A stretch of DNA of 64,000 nucleotides from assembly GCA_035304285.1 (NCBI GenBank), contig DATGQI010000036.1, positions 4,446-68,445 of the forward strand. Direction: 5' to 3'. The notes under the pieces were generated by a model. That model was not told the origin of the DNA, ran no database searches, and was given only the letters and a program-made list of their open reading frames with translations. This document shows positions 7,903 to 17,372 of this stretch, piece by piece (within the stretch, counting starts at the first letter, position 1; each line of letters begins with the position of its first letter). This DNA comes from Woeseiaceae bacterium. GTDB lineage: Bacteria > Pseudomonadota > Gammaproteobacteria > Steroidobacterales > Woeseiaceae. Made by a program: the position numbers and the translations under genes.

Positions 7903-8724
7903 TCAGATACCAAGGTCCTTTTGCTTGTAACCCTGCGGTGGGTTGAAGAGCGCCTGATCGATGTCCGCGCTTCTCGCGGACTTAAGCCGGCTCTCGCTTT
8001 CAAGGCTGCCATCGTCGTCGAACTCGCGGCTCAGTACAGGGTAACCCTCCAACTCTTTCATGTGCCGGAACAAGTCCCGCTGCTCACCCATCACGTCCAT
8101 ACCCGAAGCGCCCGAGAATTGCTCCGCCATCCTCTCGAAGAAGGTGGCCATCGCGATCATTGAATCAGCGGCCTCACGACCGCCATCGATGTCGTCCCAG
8201 CCTGTGATGCAGAGCTCCCGTACTTTTGTGCCATTTTGCTGCACTTCGTAGTACTCGCAATCAAAGCCGTTGATCGTGTCGCTGGCGCCGGTCCGGTTCA
8301 CTTTCAAAGGTGCCGGTTTCTCCGCCTGCGTCGGGAGGTGCTGCTTCATCATCTGTTCCGCCATCGCACGCTGCTCAGGCGGCATTTCCTCGAGTGCCTG
8401 CTGCATTTGCTGCATGGCGCTGCTCATTTGCGAGCCGATCCGTTCCATCGCAGCTTCATCGATCACGTAATACTCCTTCTCCTCATGATCGATAGCGATA
8501 AATTCACGGCCCTGCTCGCGAAAGATCATGCCTCCCGACTCGTCGCTGCTGACAGACGTCACCTCCATCCGCGAAACACCGTCCTGCGTCGAGATCTCGA
8601 CCGTGCCGATGGCGGGCGGCTCCTCCCCGTAGTCCGTGGTGACCAGTTCCATGACGGAACCAGCGAAAACCGGCGAGGATGCGCCGATGGCGGCACAGGT
8701 GAAGACGAGTTTCAGACGGGTCAT
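7903..8724 (-). CDS. secreted hypothetical protein (DUF4412-like)
   Basis: Internal Met gives the signal MTRLKLVFTCAAIGASSPVFA. Contains a Met/Gln-rich central linker. The family assignment is from memory only. Confidence 0.5.
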   Translation of the reverse strand: MTRLKLVFTCAAIGASSPVFAGSVMELVTTDYGEEPPAIGTVEISTQDGVSRMEVTSVSSDESGGMIFREQGREFIAIDHEEKEYYVIDEAAMERIGSQMSSAMQQMQQALEEMPPEQRAMAEQMMKQHLPTQAEKPAPLKVNRTGASDTINGFDCEYYEVQQNGTKVRELCITGWDDIDGGREAADSMIAMATFFERMAEQFSGASGMDVMGEQRDLFRHMKELEGYPVLSREFDDDGSLESESRLKSARSADIDQALFNPPQGYKQKDLGI

Positions 8725-8844
8725 GACAGCATCCTTATTTGATACAGGGCGGCGGGCGGTGACATCGTTCCAGCCAAGCAAAATACCCGTGTCGCTGGCG
8801 TTTTGCCAGACGAGAACTTAGGGCGCCTGGACGACCCCGCTGTC

Positions 8845-11800
8845 TCAGCGCTCGAGCGTGTAGCTGAGGTCAACGCCCTCCGCGTTCTTCCCGGACGTCG
8901 CCTTGATGCCGAAACCCTTGGCGATGTCGTAGCGTACGCTGATGACATTGCCGCGCTCGAAAAGCCCGATGCCATAGCTGATGTAGAGATCCTGGGCGAT
9001 ATAGGTACCGACATCCACCGCGCCGACCCCCTGTTCATAATTGAAGTCGCTGCCGGTCACAAGGAGAGTCAACGCCCGGTCCCTCGTCGTGGCCGGATTT
9101 GTATAAACCTCGACCTGGGGCTCCTGCGGCGTGCCCGTGACAAGTACCCCCGCATTGCGGATCTGCGGATTGCCGAATATTTCCCGCTCGGCGCGAATGC
9201 GCAGGCTGGGGCTCGATGCCGGGACGCCGGGAAACTGGATCCTTCCCTCGGTGATATCCAGCAATTGCCCGTACGCTTCGAACCTGCCCTGGATGTTGTA
9301 CTGGCCGTTCGCAACCGGCATGTGCGGGCCGTCCCAGTGAAAGGCAGCGGTACCGGCGACGCGAGCCTCGGCGACGTCGAGATCGACAACCACGTCGTCT
9401 CCTAACACCAGCGCCACGGTTCCGTGAATCTCGAACGGAGTCTCGGTTGCGTCTGTTTCCTCCGTCTCTCCGTTACCGTTCGCGACGATCACGACGTCCG
9501 CGCTTTCGCTTATCTTGTCACCCGAGGTCAGATCAACGGGCGTGAGTCTCGCCCGCGGGACAACCACGTTGCCATTGATCGCCAGGCTACCCGCCCGCAC
9601 GCCCAGCACGAGGTCGGTATTCGCCACCACGGTGACGTCCGGCAGGTCGATCAGCGTCAGGTTCTCGCCCGTGAGAGACAAGTCCAGTCCCTCGCGAAAC
9701 CCGCCGAACGAATTGACACTGCTTCGGAGTTCACCGGTGCCGTCGCCGGCGCTGAACGTCGTCTGCAGATCGATCCTGTTGTCTTCGCGAATCATGCTTT
9801 GCATCTGGATGTCACTGAGCACGAGCCCGAGCGGCTCATACCTGAATGAACCATTCTTCAACGAGGCTTCCCCGGTGAACATGGGCTTGCCGAGGGTGCC
9901 TGCTACTCCCAGGTCCACATCCAGTTGACCGCTGGCGTCGTCGATCATAGGCGCAAGGCTGGCAGCAACAGCGATGTCGTTGAGATTTATCGCGAGCCTG
10001 CCTTCAACTTCGCTGTCGGCGCCCATGCTCACGTCCGCTGCCTCGAAACTTGCGTCGATCTCGGCCGAATCCGAAAAAGGCAGCGTCAATCGTCCGGCGA
10101 GCAACTGGCCGTCCACCAGGTTGAAGTGGACCTCGCCCGCACCCGTCTGGGTTGTCATTCTCTCGTCTACGGTGTTCCGGATGTCTCCCGGCGATATGAG
10201 GACGTCTCCTTCTCCCGAGAGCCCACCCTCCCCGCTGCCAATCGAGATCCCGCCGCTCAGCGTCTGCGTGAATTCAAGGTTGGTCTCGAACAGCAGACGA
10301 ATGAGGTTTACCGGGAGCGCTTCCATCTCCGCCGCCAGTGTGAGGTTCGTGCTGCCAGCCCACTCCGTCCCCAGGCAAACCCTCGCTTCCTGGGCCGGCG
10401 CCTGGACTTCCGGACTCCCCTCGCTGCCCACGAGACAGGTGCGCTCAAGCGACACCGATTTTGTCGAAAGCTGCAGGGCAGCAGGCTCCTCGAGCGCGAA
10501 CTCGAGATCTGAAGGCGTCGCGAACCGCAGAGCCTCCAGTTGGCCGCGCCAGGTGGACTGGAGTGGCTGGCGCCAGTTCTCCAAAGCCCCGTCGAACTCA
10601 AGATTCAGCTCCTTTTCCTCTCCCGCCAGGTCGACCAGCAACCGCTGGCGATCCGCCCCGGCGGAAAGCTGCACAACGACACTCTGGAGTTCACGTGCGC
10701 CAGCGGTCAGTCCCGTTCCCTCGGCTGCCAATGCCAGTGGCGTAGCGGGCGGCGCATCGATACTTCTAACCTTGAGCTCTTGCAGCGCGTAGTCGCCCCA
10801 GAACAGCTCCGACGCCTCGAGATCGAGCTGAAGGGAAGGAAACTCATCTGCCATCGAGAAGTTTCCCTGCGCCTGCAGAAAGCCCGCGACATCCGGGTGG
10901 AACGTTTGCAGGGCAGGGACGTCGAGTGAGAAATCCAGTCCCGACCGGCTACTTGCACTTCCGTCCGCCTGCAGTTCGGACTCACCGGATCTCAAGACGA
11001 GCTGCCGGGCAACCAGGTTGCCTCCCGTGTACTGGATTCCGCCCCCGCCTTGCAGTGGTTGCCCGCGAACCGAGCCATCCAGTTGGCGGATGGCAACATC
11101 CACCTGGACAGGATCGAGCTGGCCCTCTGCCGTGAAGTTGCTGCTGATGCGGCCGGGGAATTGCGGCGCTAGCGGGCTGATGTCCAGGTTTCCGGTGGCG
11201 AGATCGGCCGACCAGCGGCTCTGTGCCCAGTTATAGTGGCCGGTGCCGGCCGCCGTGCCGCCCAAGACTTCACTTTCGTGAAGAACCGCTTCGACCTGTT
11301 CGCGATTACCCTGCCCCGTCAGGACGAAAACGCCCTGCGGGAGCGTATCGGTGCGAAAAGCTATCCTCCCGTCGAAGGACCATTCCTCCAGCCTTCCCGC
11401 AACCGTTACAACCCCCGACTCACTGATGAAGCGCGTTGCTGCGTCGACCTCGTTCGACATCGGCCACTGCAAGTCGCTCCAGTCGAGGTGGAGGTCAACC
11501 ACGTTGCCGTCGAGATCGATCTCTCCCGTTGCATCCACCCTTGCCGGCGAATCCTGCACACGCAGACTCACCTCGTTCAGTCTCACGTTGCCGGCCTGCC
11601 ACGCCGCGTCCACGGTTCCGGATACCGGCTGTCCGGCGGGCCAGTTTTGCGTAAGCGCGGCCGGATCGAAGCGTTCGACCTCTGCATCCACCGCGACCGC
11701 AAACCCACCGGACCAGCGAAGCTCGCCGACGGAGGCGGCTGCGAGCATGTCGCCGCGCAAGCTAAGGCTCGACACGGAAAGCCCCTCACTGTTCCCCTCC

Positions 11801-12741
11801 GTGACGATGTCGAAAAGAAGTTCTTCCGTGCCGGCTACCGCGACGGTGCCGACGCCGCTTATTGTGTAAGCCGAAAGGTCGCCCCGCGTTTCGAGATCCG
11901 CCTCGCGCAGGTACACCTGTGGAGGTTGGTCCGGGCCAGTGCGAAGCGGCCATTGGAAATAAGGCGTCTGCACGCGCACGTCCCAGCCCGGTGTCTCGTA
12001 CAACCGGAAAAGCCGGCCTGCAACCTGCACGTCGGGGGCCGCACCCACGACATTGACCTGCAGGTCGGCAAGGCTTCCGGCAGCGATAGCTTTGAAATCG
12101 ACCGGGTGGACCTGGTCGTCGCCCAGCGGAATTGGGTAGCTCCCGGTCAACTCCGCTTCCGCCGGATAGGGCTCGGCCAGTCCGATGTCGATGGAGCCGC
12201 GCAAGGCAACCGCGGACGAATCCAGTTCGAGCCGCGCCAGTGATATCTCATCGTGCCAGTGCCCGGCGAAAGCTGCCTCGTGCAGCCGGAAAATGGGCTC
12301 GTCGGCCGGATTGATGACTTGTAGTTCAGTCACATGCACGTCCTGCATGTTGACGACGAACGGCAGCGCAAGCTTGTCGAGAAAGGGTTCACCGGGATCA
12401 TCGGGCTCGCCCGTTTCCTTCAGCCAAATGTTTACGCGATCTGCGCGAAGTTCAGGAATATCGATCGCAAGAGGGAACAGCACGAGCTGCACCGAGAGCC
12501 TGGCTCTCGCGACCTCGACCTGCACCGCTTCGCTGACGTAGGACACGTCGGTCAGGCTCAGGCCGTCCGCAATCGAGCCCTCGATCGTGGCGGCGCGCAG
12601 CTCCCCAGGGATCATAGGCACCGCACGATCCCAAAGCCAGCGGGAGCCCGACGAGGTCTGCGTCAGCCACGCCACCGCCAGCACTACGATGAGCACGACC
12701 GAAGCGATGGCCAGGAGCGCGTACTTGAGGATGTTGCTCAT
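8845..12741 (-). CDS. tamB: translocation and assembly module subunit TamB
   Basis: About 1298 aa from the internal Met (MSNILKYALLAIASVVLIVVLAVAWL signal-anchor). C-terminal DUF490-type end ...GTYIAQDLYISYGIGLF...DLSYTLER. Its ATG overlaps the tamA stop (ATGA at 12739-12743). Confidence 0.8.
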   Translation of the reverse strand: MSNILKYALLAIASVVLIVVLAVAWLTQTSSGSRWLWDRAVPMIPGELRAATIEGSIADGLSLTDVSYVSEAVQVEVARARLSVQLVLFPLAIDIPELRADRVNIWLKETGEPDDPGEPFLDKLALPFVVNMQDVHVTELQVINPADEPIFRLHEAAFAGHWHDEISLARLELDSSAVALRGSIDIGLAEPYPAEAELTGSYPIPLGDDQVHPVDFKAIAAGSLADLQVNVVGAAPDVQVAGRLFRLYETPGWDVRVQTPYFQWPLRTGPDQPPQVYLREADLETRGDLSAYTISGVGTVAVAGTEELLFDIVTEGNSEGLSVSSLSLRGDMLAAASVGELRWSGGFAVAVDAEVERFDPAALTQNWPAGQPVSGTVDAAWQAGNVRLNEVSLRVQDSPARVDATGEIDLDGNVVDLHLDWSDLQWPMSNEVDAATRFISESGVVTVAGRLEEWSFDGRIAFRTDTLPQGVFVLTGQGNREQVEAVLHESEVLGGTAAGTGHYNWAQSRWSADLATGNLDISPLAPQFPGRISSNFTAEGQLDPVQVDVAIRQLDGSVRGQPLQGGGGIQYTGGNLVARQLVLRSGESELQADGSASSRSGLDFSLDVPALQTFHPDVAGFLQAQGNFSMADEFPSLQLDLEASELFWGDYALQELKVRSIDAPPATPLALAAEGTGLTAGARELQSVVVQLSAGADRQRLLVDLAGEEKELNLEFDGALENWRQPLQSTWRGQLEALRFATPSDLEFALEEPAALQLSTKSVSLERTCLVGSEGSPEVQAPAQEARVCLGTEWAGSTNLTLAAEMEALPVNLIRLLFETNLEFTQTLSGGISIGSGEGGLSGEGDVLISPGDIRNTVDERMTTQTGAGEVHFNLVDGQLLAGRLTLPFSDSAEIDASFEAADVSMGADSEVEGRLAINLNDIAVAASLAPMIDDASGQLDVDLGVAGTLGKPMFTGEASLKNGSFRYEPLGLVLSDIQMQSMIREDNRIDLQTTFSAGDGTGELRSSVNSFGGFREGLDLSLTGENLTLIDLPDVTVVANTDLVLGVRAGSLAINGNVVVPRARLTPVDLTSGDKISESADVVIVANGNGETEETDATETPFEIHGTVALVLGDDVVVDLDVAEARVAGTAAFHWDGPHMPVANGQYNIQGRFEAYGQLLDITEGRIQFPGVPASSPSLRIRAEREIFGNPQIRNAGVLVTGTPQEPQVEVYTNPATTRDRALTLLVTGSDFNYEQGVGAVDVGTYIAQDLYISYGIGLFERGNVISVRYDIAKGFGIKATSGKNAEGVDLSYTLER

Positions 12742-14651
12742 CAGAGAAGCGGCGTGCCTATCGTGAAGTGCACACGCAGCGGTCGACCCTCGATGTCGAG
12801 CGCCTGCGCAACATCGAGGCGCAAAGGCCCGGCGATCGTGTACCAACGGATTCCGATTCCCGCGCCCTTTCGAAGCTGGAAATCGTTCCAGTCGTTGAAC
12901 GCGTTGCCGATGTCGACGAATGCGGCCGCCGACCAATTCTCCAGGACGCGCATTTCGATTTCGGCGCTTGCCGAGATAATGTGGTTCGAGCCGACGTCGT
13001 TGTCGCTCAGATCCTCGAACCTATAGCCACGCACGCTGTTGCTGCCGCCGGCTTTGAAGCGGTACTGGTTCGGCAATCGCGTCAGCGACAATGCGAGTGG
13101 CTCGCCCTCGACGTCGAGCGTGAGGCGGTCAACTTTGGCATCGGTATAACCCACTTCTGCACGCAGCAATAACTTCCAGCGGTCCCGGATGAAGTTCCGG
13201 CGCGACGAGATGTAGAGCTGGGTAAAATCGCGGTCGGAGCCCCAAAGGTCGCTCGACGTGAAGATCCAGGCCCGCTCGTGATGCCCGGTGATGTCGAAAC
13301 CGCTCCCCGTGACGGCCGGCCAGTCCCACTCGACGCCGAGCGCGATCGTCTTCACCGTATCGCTGAAAATGCCGCCGAACTCGGGATGCCGCAACAGGTC
13401 GAGAACTGCAGGGTCCGCATCGACTCCGGGGTCGTAGGAAAAGGATTCCCGCAGGTACTGGGCGAACATCGTCTCGAAGTAGCGCACCTTGCCTTCGTTT
13501 ATATCGCGGACGTACAGCCTGCCGGCGCGGAAGAAGACATCGTCGACATTGCCTGTCGCCAGCTTGATGAAATCCTCATCATCCTCGTGGCGTTTCACTT
13601 CGAGGTCCTGTTTGTCCCTCCTGAGCAGCAAGTTCGCAATCCAGAACTGTCTCTTCTCCACCTGCCTCGGAATGCGGTAGTCGGCCCGTAACGTAAACTG
13701 GTCATCCATCTCCTGGTAACCAATGCCGAGGTCAATGCGATCGCCGCGCGAGGACAGCGGTCGACGGCTCCACAACGCCTGTGTCCTGAACCCGGTATCA
13801 CTGCCAAAGCCCAATGCACCCTGGTAAGTGTTCTTCCACTCAGTTTCCATGCTGGCGACGATGTTTACGGTCGGGGGTGTTTGATCGAGCTGGCGTTGTT
13901 CCTCGACTTCGATATCCGTGAAATACCCGGTCGTCCACAGGTCCAGTCGCAGGCTTTCCACGAGGTCCGGGCGAAATGGAGTTCCGGGGGCGAAACGCGG
14001 CACGTTCGCCAGGGCGTATGGTTCAACCACGTCCTGGACGAAATCGATGGTTCCGAAGACCGCCCGCGTGCCGGTATCGAGTACCAGGGTCAGATGTGCT
14101 TCATTCGCGGCCAGGTCCAGTTCGATCGTGCGGGTGATGAAGTTCGCATTGAGGTAACCCTCGCGATGTGCCAGTGACATGGCCGCCTGTTTCTGCTCCT
14201 CCCAGATCGCCTGGTTGAGTATGCTGCCCTCTCCCAGCGGCCAGGCTCGCCGCCACTCGCGAAGATCCTCCTGTCTTTCCCCGTCCCCACGCAATTCGAT
14301 GTTCGCCTGCTTCACCCGAACCGGCGGCCCGGGCTCGATGCGCAGGTTGATCCGATACCTCTCCCGGCCGGCAGGTGCGACGCTGGTGGAAATGACAGGA
14401 TGGTAAAACCCGAGCGGCTTAAGTGCCTCCCGGGCACGCAGCCGCGCATTTTCGGTGATCTGGTCGAACTGGCCCGCCGATACGCGGGCTATTGTGCCGA
14501 AGCCCACGTCCTCCACATGGCTGCGAACATTCGCCAGCAGCGGCTCCGGTACGCCCGTAATTACCCAGGTAATTTCTTCCGCCGCCGATGTCGCGGCCAG
14601 CAGGAGCACGGCCATCGTGACGGACCCGAGCGCGCCGACACAACGTGTCAC
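12741..14651 (-). CDS. tamA: Omp85-family outer-membrane protein TamA
   Basis: 636 aa with a signal peptide, POTRA-like N-terminal region and C-terminal beta-barrel ending ...GIGIRWYTIAGPLRLDVAQAL...HFTIGTPLL. Translationally coupled to tamB. Confidence 0.8.
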   Translation of the reverse strand: MTRCVGALGSVTMAVLLLAATSAAEEITWVITGVPEPLLANVRSHVEDVGFGTIARVSAGQFDQITENARLRAREALKPLGFYHPVISTSVAPAGRERYRINLRIEPGPPVRVKQANIELRGDGERQEDLREWRRAWPLGEGSILNQAIWEEQKQAAMSLAHREGYLNANFITRTIELDLAANEAHLTLVLDTGTRAVFGTIDFVQDVVEPYALANVPRFAPGTPFRPDLVESLRLDLWTTGYFTDIEVEEQRQLDQTPPTVNIVASMETEWKNTYQGALGFGSDTGFRTQALWSRRPLSSRGDRIDLGIGYQEMDDQFTLRADYRIPRQVEKRQFWIANLLLRRDKQDLEVKRHEDDEDFIKLATGNVDDVFFRAGRLYVRDINEGKVRYFETMFAQYLRESFSYDPGVDADPAVLDLLRHPEFGGIFSDTVKTIALGVEWDWPAVTGSGFDITGHHERAWIFTSSDLWGSDRDFTQLYISSRRNFIRDRWKLLLRAEVGYTDAKVDRLTLDVEGEPLALSLTRLPNQYRFKAGGSNSVRGYRFEDLSDNDVGSNHIISASAEIEMRVLENWSAAAFVDIGNAFNDWNDFQLRKGAGIGIRWYTIAGPLRLDVAQALDIEGRPLRVHFTIGTPLL

Positions 14652-14819
14652 GCCTGAAACTCAACGTCTGCTGATGTCGACATTACTGCATGTGAACCGG
14701 TAACAATTACAAACTCGACGCGCCGCAACTGCCGACGCCTGCGGTGCCGGCAATGATGCTTGCAAAAAACCTGCCACGCTAACTCGCACCAATCCTGGCG
14801 CAGTGTAGGGGAGCGCCCT

Positions 14820-15548
14820 TCAGCGGATCGCGAACGTCGCGTGAATCTGCACGCTGAAACTCTGTTGGCCTGGCGAGATGCTCGGTGCAGCCGCCTCCGC
14901 CATATCGTAACTGCGCGACATCATCGGCCGCGGGGGACCGCCACCGTAGGACGTGGAGAGCGACAGGACTTCACCGAGCTGAACTCCCGCGAGACGGGCG
15001 AGAGACTCCGCGCGTGCCCGTGCGTCAGCCATCGCGGTCTCACGAGCCTCTTGTTCCAGGCCTTTCGTATCCTTGACGCCAAACTGGATGCCGTGGATCG
15101 AGTTTGCGCCTGCGTTGATTACCGCCGCCAGCACATCGCCGATCTTGTCGATGTCGTCGATCTTCACGTTTACGACATTCGACACGCGGTAACCGGTGAT
15201 GCGATTCTGTCCCGGCTCCTGGTAATTCTGCTCTGCCCATATGCTGTAGTTGGATGTCTGGATCCTCTCCGGGTCGATGCCCTGTTCATCCAGCGCTGCC
15301 ATGATCTTCTCGATGATCGACTCGTTCTCGCGCGTTGCCTCTACGACAGTCTCGGCCAGGATCTGGACACCCGCGCTCACGGAAGCCTGGTCGGGCGCCC
15401 CCGAGGCCTCACCCTCGCCCGTCACCGTGATGCTGCGCACTTCTGTGAAAGTGTTGTGTTGATCCGTACATGCGGCCACGGACATTGCCGCCAACAAAAT
15501 CGTTGCGTTTAGCGTTGCCGGCCACTTGATCGGTCGTGATGTTTTCAC
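14820..15548 (-). CDS. SIMPL-domain (DUF541) periplasmic lipoprotein
   Basis: GTG start at 15548 is preceded by AAGGAG. Lipobox LLAAMSVAAC. SIMPL-like body (ITVTGEGEASGAPDQASVSAGV ... GQQSFSVQIHATFAI). Confidence 0.75.
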   Translation of the reverse strand: MKTSRPIKWPATLNATILLAAMSVAACTDQHNTFTEVRSITVTGEGEASGAPDQASVSAGVQILAETVVEATRENESIIEKIMAALDEQGIDPERIQTSNYSIWAEQNYQEPGQNRITGYRVSNVVNVKIDDIDKIGDVLAAVINAGANSIHGIQFGVKDTKGLEQEARETAMADARARAESLARLAGVQLGEVLSLSTSYGGGPPRPMMSRSYDMAEAAAPSISPGQQSFSVQIHATFAIR

Positions 15549-15727
15549 GTTACAGCTCCTTTTTGTTGACGCACCACCGGGCGCCCGCATTTCGAACGCT
15601 CCGGAAGGAGCGCGCATTCTAGTCGATGTTCGTAGCGCATCCCCGATCGCGCGATTTGACAATTTCCCGTGCAATCAGGTTCCTGGCAATTGACACTGGC
15701 GAATGCCCTGTGCAACGATCCTTCCTC

Positions 15728-15812
15728 GTTTGATAAAGGCACACCTTTCGAAAGGAAGGGCCGCAAAGCCACCGGTCTAAGGGAATATCCTATGACAGCG
15801 GGGTTGCCGACA
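15728..15812 (+). promoter_or_regulatory. c-di-GMP-I (GEMM-I) riboswitch aptamer, copy 1
   Basis: AAAGGCACACCUUUCGAAAGGAAGGGCCGCAAAGCCACCGGUCUAAGG...GACAGCGGGGUUGCC matches the GEMM-I core as in Vc2: GGCAAACC..UCGAAAG..GGACGCAAAGCC.CCGG.CUAA...UAGCGGGGUUACC. Includes a GAAA tetraloop hairpin (CCUUUC/GGAAGG). Confidence 0.85.
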
Positions 15813-15979
15813 CGACAGCTACTACGCGACGAGCATTCCGAAGCCCGTTCGCAGGCAACCCGCCCTCATAGATGCAGCGGACCAGACTGAGAGTCTGCCG
15901 CCAATTCCCGCCCGGAAACCGCGCGGTGTCCTTATTCGGACACGGCATTCGACCGTGTCGGTGCGGACGGGAGAGCAGC

Positions 15980-17347
15980 ATGTCAGTCAAAGCCATAAGA
16001 CTTCGCGATACCGGGAAAATCGGCCGGCGAACCCAGCCCAGGCCATGCACCATCCGCCCGACCAGCTTAAAGCAACTGAGACAGTGTCTCGAGCGAGGCT
16101 CAGCATACCTGGCGCCGTTTCGTCCGATGGGTGCCAATAGCTCGTCCACGGATTGCACGTCCGCGACGGCGGGCACGGTCATCGATATGACCGGATTTGA
16201 CGAAATCATCAACATAGATGCCTACAACGATACCGCTGTCGTCCAGGCAGGCGTTCGCCTGGGGAGGCTGGCGAGCGCCCTTGCAGAGCACGGCCTCGAG
16301 CTTGCGGGAAGCCATGACCTCATGAGCCGAACCGTCGGCGGGGCGGTGGCCGGCGGCTGCATCGGCCCCTCGATCTCCAGCGACGGCGCCTACTTCGCCT
16401 CGCAAGTGCTGAGCATGAAGCTCGTTACCCCTTCCGGGCGCCTGCTGGCGCTCTCCCGCGAGAAGCAGAACCTGCTGAATGCGTTCCGACTCAGTTACGG
16501 AATGCTCGGGGTAATCTACGAGGTGACGCTGAAAGTGCGGCCGATCAGCCCGTTTGCAGTGTCGCACCGGCGCTGTTCGATTGCCCAATTCGCCGCCGCG
16601 GCGGAAAAACTGTCCCGGACCGACATCGGCATCAAGTTCTACCTCCTGCCGTTTCGCGATTGCGCGTACCTCGACCTGCGGCGGTACAGCCGCGAAGCCA
16701 CCTCCACGCATAAGATCCCGTGGAAGCTGAAGGACTGGGGGGAAAGTACAGTGCTGCCGCAGGTCTTCAAATCGTTGAACCGCATCGTCCCGGTAGCGGG
16801 CGTGCGTTACCGCATCATTGACGAGATCAGCAAGGTCACGCAGAACATCGTCAACAACAGGCTCGTGACGTCCGGCAGCAACTCCACTGCGCTCGCGAGC
16901 GGAGATCACGCGAAGCACCATGGTGAACGGCTCAGGTATTCCACCTGGATGTTCCCCGCGGCTGATTTTTCGATCGTCGTCCAGGCGTACAAGGATTTTT
17001 GCCTGCGCATCAGGAACGAAACCGGATTCCGCTGCGATATGCCGACTGTCGGGTTCAGGTTGTGCCGCGACCAGTCGGCCTTGCTTTCACCATCCTTCGA
17101 TGAACCGATGTTCGTATTGCGCGCCGTGTCTACGCAGGCGCGTGGTTGGGAAGACTTTGCCATCGATTTCGGTGAGTTCGCCCAGCACTGGGGAGGGATG
17201 CCGTTCTTCAACCAGACACGCGGGCTGTCGCCTGGGTACGCAGGACAGGTGTTCGGCAGCAGGCTCGACTTCTTCAAGCGGATGCGACGGCGCATCGATC
17301 CCGAAGACAGGATGATGAACCCGTTCTTGCTGCAGTATTTTCTCTGA
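15980..17347 (+). CDS. FAD-binding (PCMH-type) oxidoreductase, ALO/DprE1-like
   Basis: Start at the internal Met, preceded by GGGAGAG. Has an FAD_binding_4-like segment (...VVQAGVRLGRLASALAEHGLELAGSHDLMSRTVGGAVAGG...) and a C-terminal oxidase-type domain ending ...RIDPEDRMMNPFLLQYFL. It is the only gene downstream of riboswitch 1. Confidence 0.75.
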   Translation: MSVKAIRLRDTGKIGRRTQPRPCTIRPTSLKQLRQCLERGSAYLAPFRPMGANSSSTDCTSATAGTVIDMTGFDEIINIDAYNDTAVVQAGVRLGRLASALAEHGLELAGSHDLMSRTVGGAVAGGCIGPSISSDGAYFASQVLSMKLVTPSGRLLALSREKQNLLNAFRLSYGMLGVIYEVTLKVRPISPFAVSHRRCSIAQFAAAAEKLSRTDIGIKFYLLPFRDCAYLDLRRYSREATSTHKIPWKLKDWGESTVLPQVFKSLNRIVPVAGVRYRIIDEISKVTQNIVNNRLVTSGSNSTALASGDHAKHHGERLRYSTWMFPAADFSIVVQAYKDFCLRIRNETGFRCDMPTVGFRLCRDQSALLSPSFDEPMFVLRAVSTQARGWEDFAIDFGEFAQHWGGMPFFNQTRGLSPGYAGQVFGSRLDFFKRMRRRIDPEDRMMNPFLLQYFL

Positions 17348-17372
17348 CGGACGCCGGCATCAAGCCTCGAAC

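Noticed and set aside
12742-12936. 65-codon N-terminal extension of the TamB ORF in the track (similar extensions occur on many other ORFs)
   Set aside because: The extension overlaps the tamA coding end and is Arg-rich. The internal Met gives a proper signal-anchor and an ATGA coupling to tamA. Starts of about 20 ORFs were trimmed by the same logic.
14761-14776. Sigma-54-like motif TGGCAG-N5-TTGCA on the minus strand upstream of tamA
   Set aside because: It has one mismatch, and about one such hit is expected by chance in this window. It is far from the sigma-54 island, and I know of no evidence that tamAB is sigma-54 dependent. It is worth a look only if a genome-wide PWM scan scores it highly.
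15669-15890. 73-aa ORF spanning riboswitch 1, as a possible leader peptide
   Set aside because: It runs through the conserved aptamer, has no SD, and the equivalent region of riboswitch 2 has no comparable ORF.
15926-15958. Hairpins in the riboswitch-1 leader as an intrinsic terminator
   Set aside because: Neither stem is followed by a U-tract. I kept them only as possible alternative structures, not as a terminator call.
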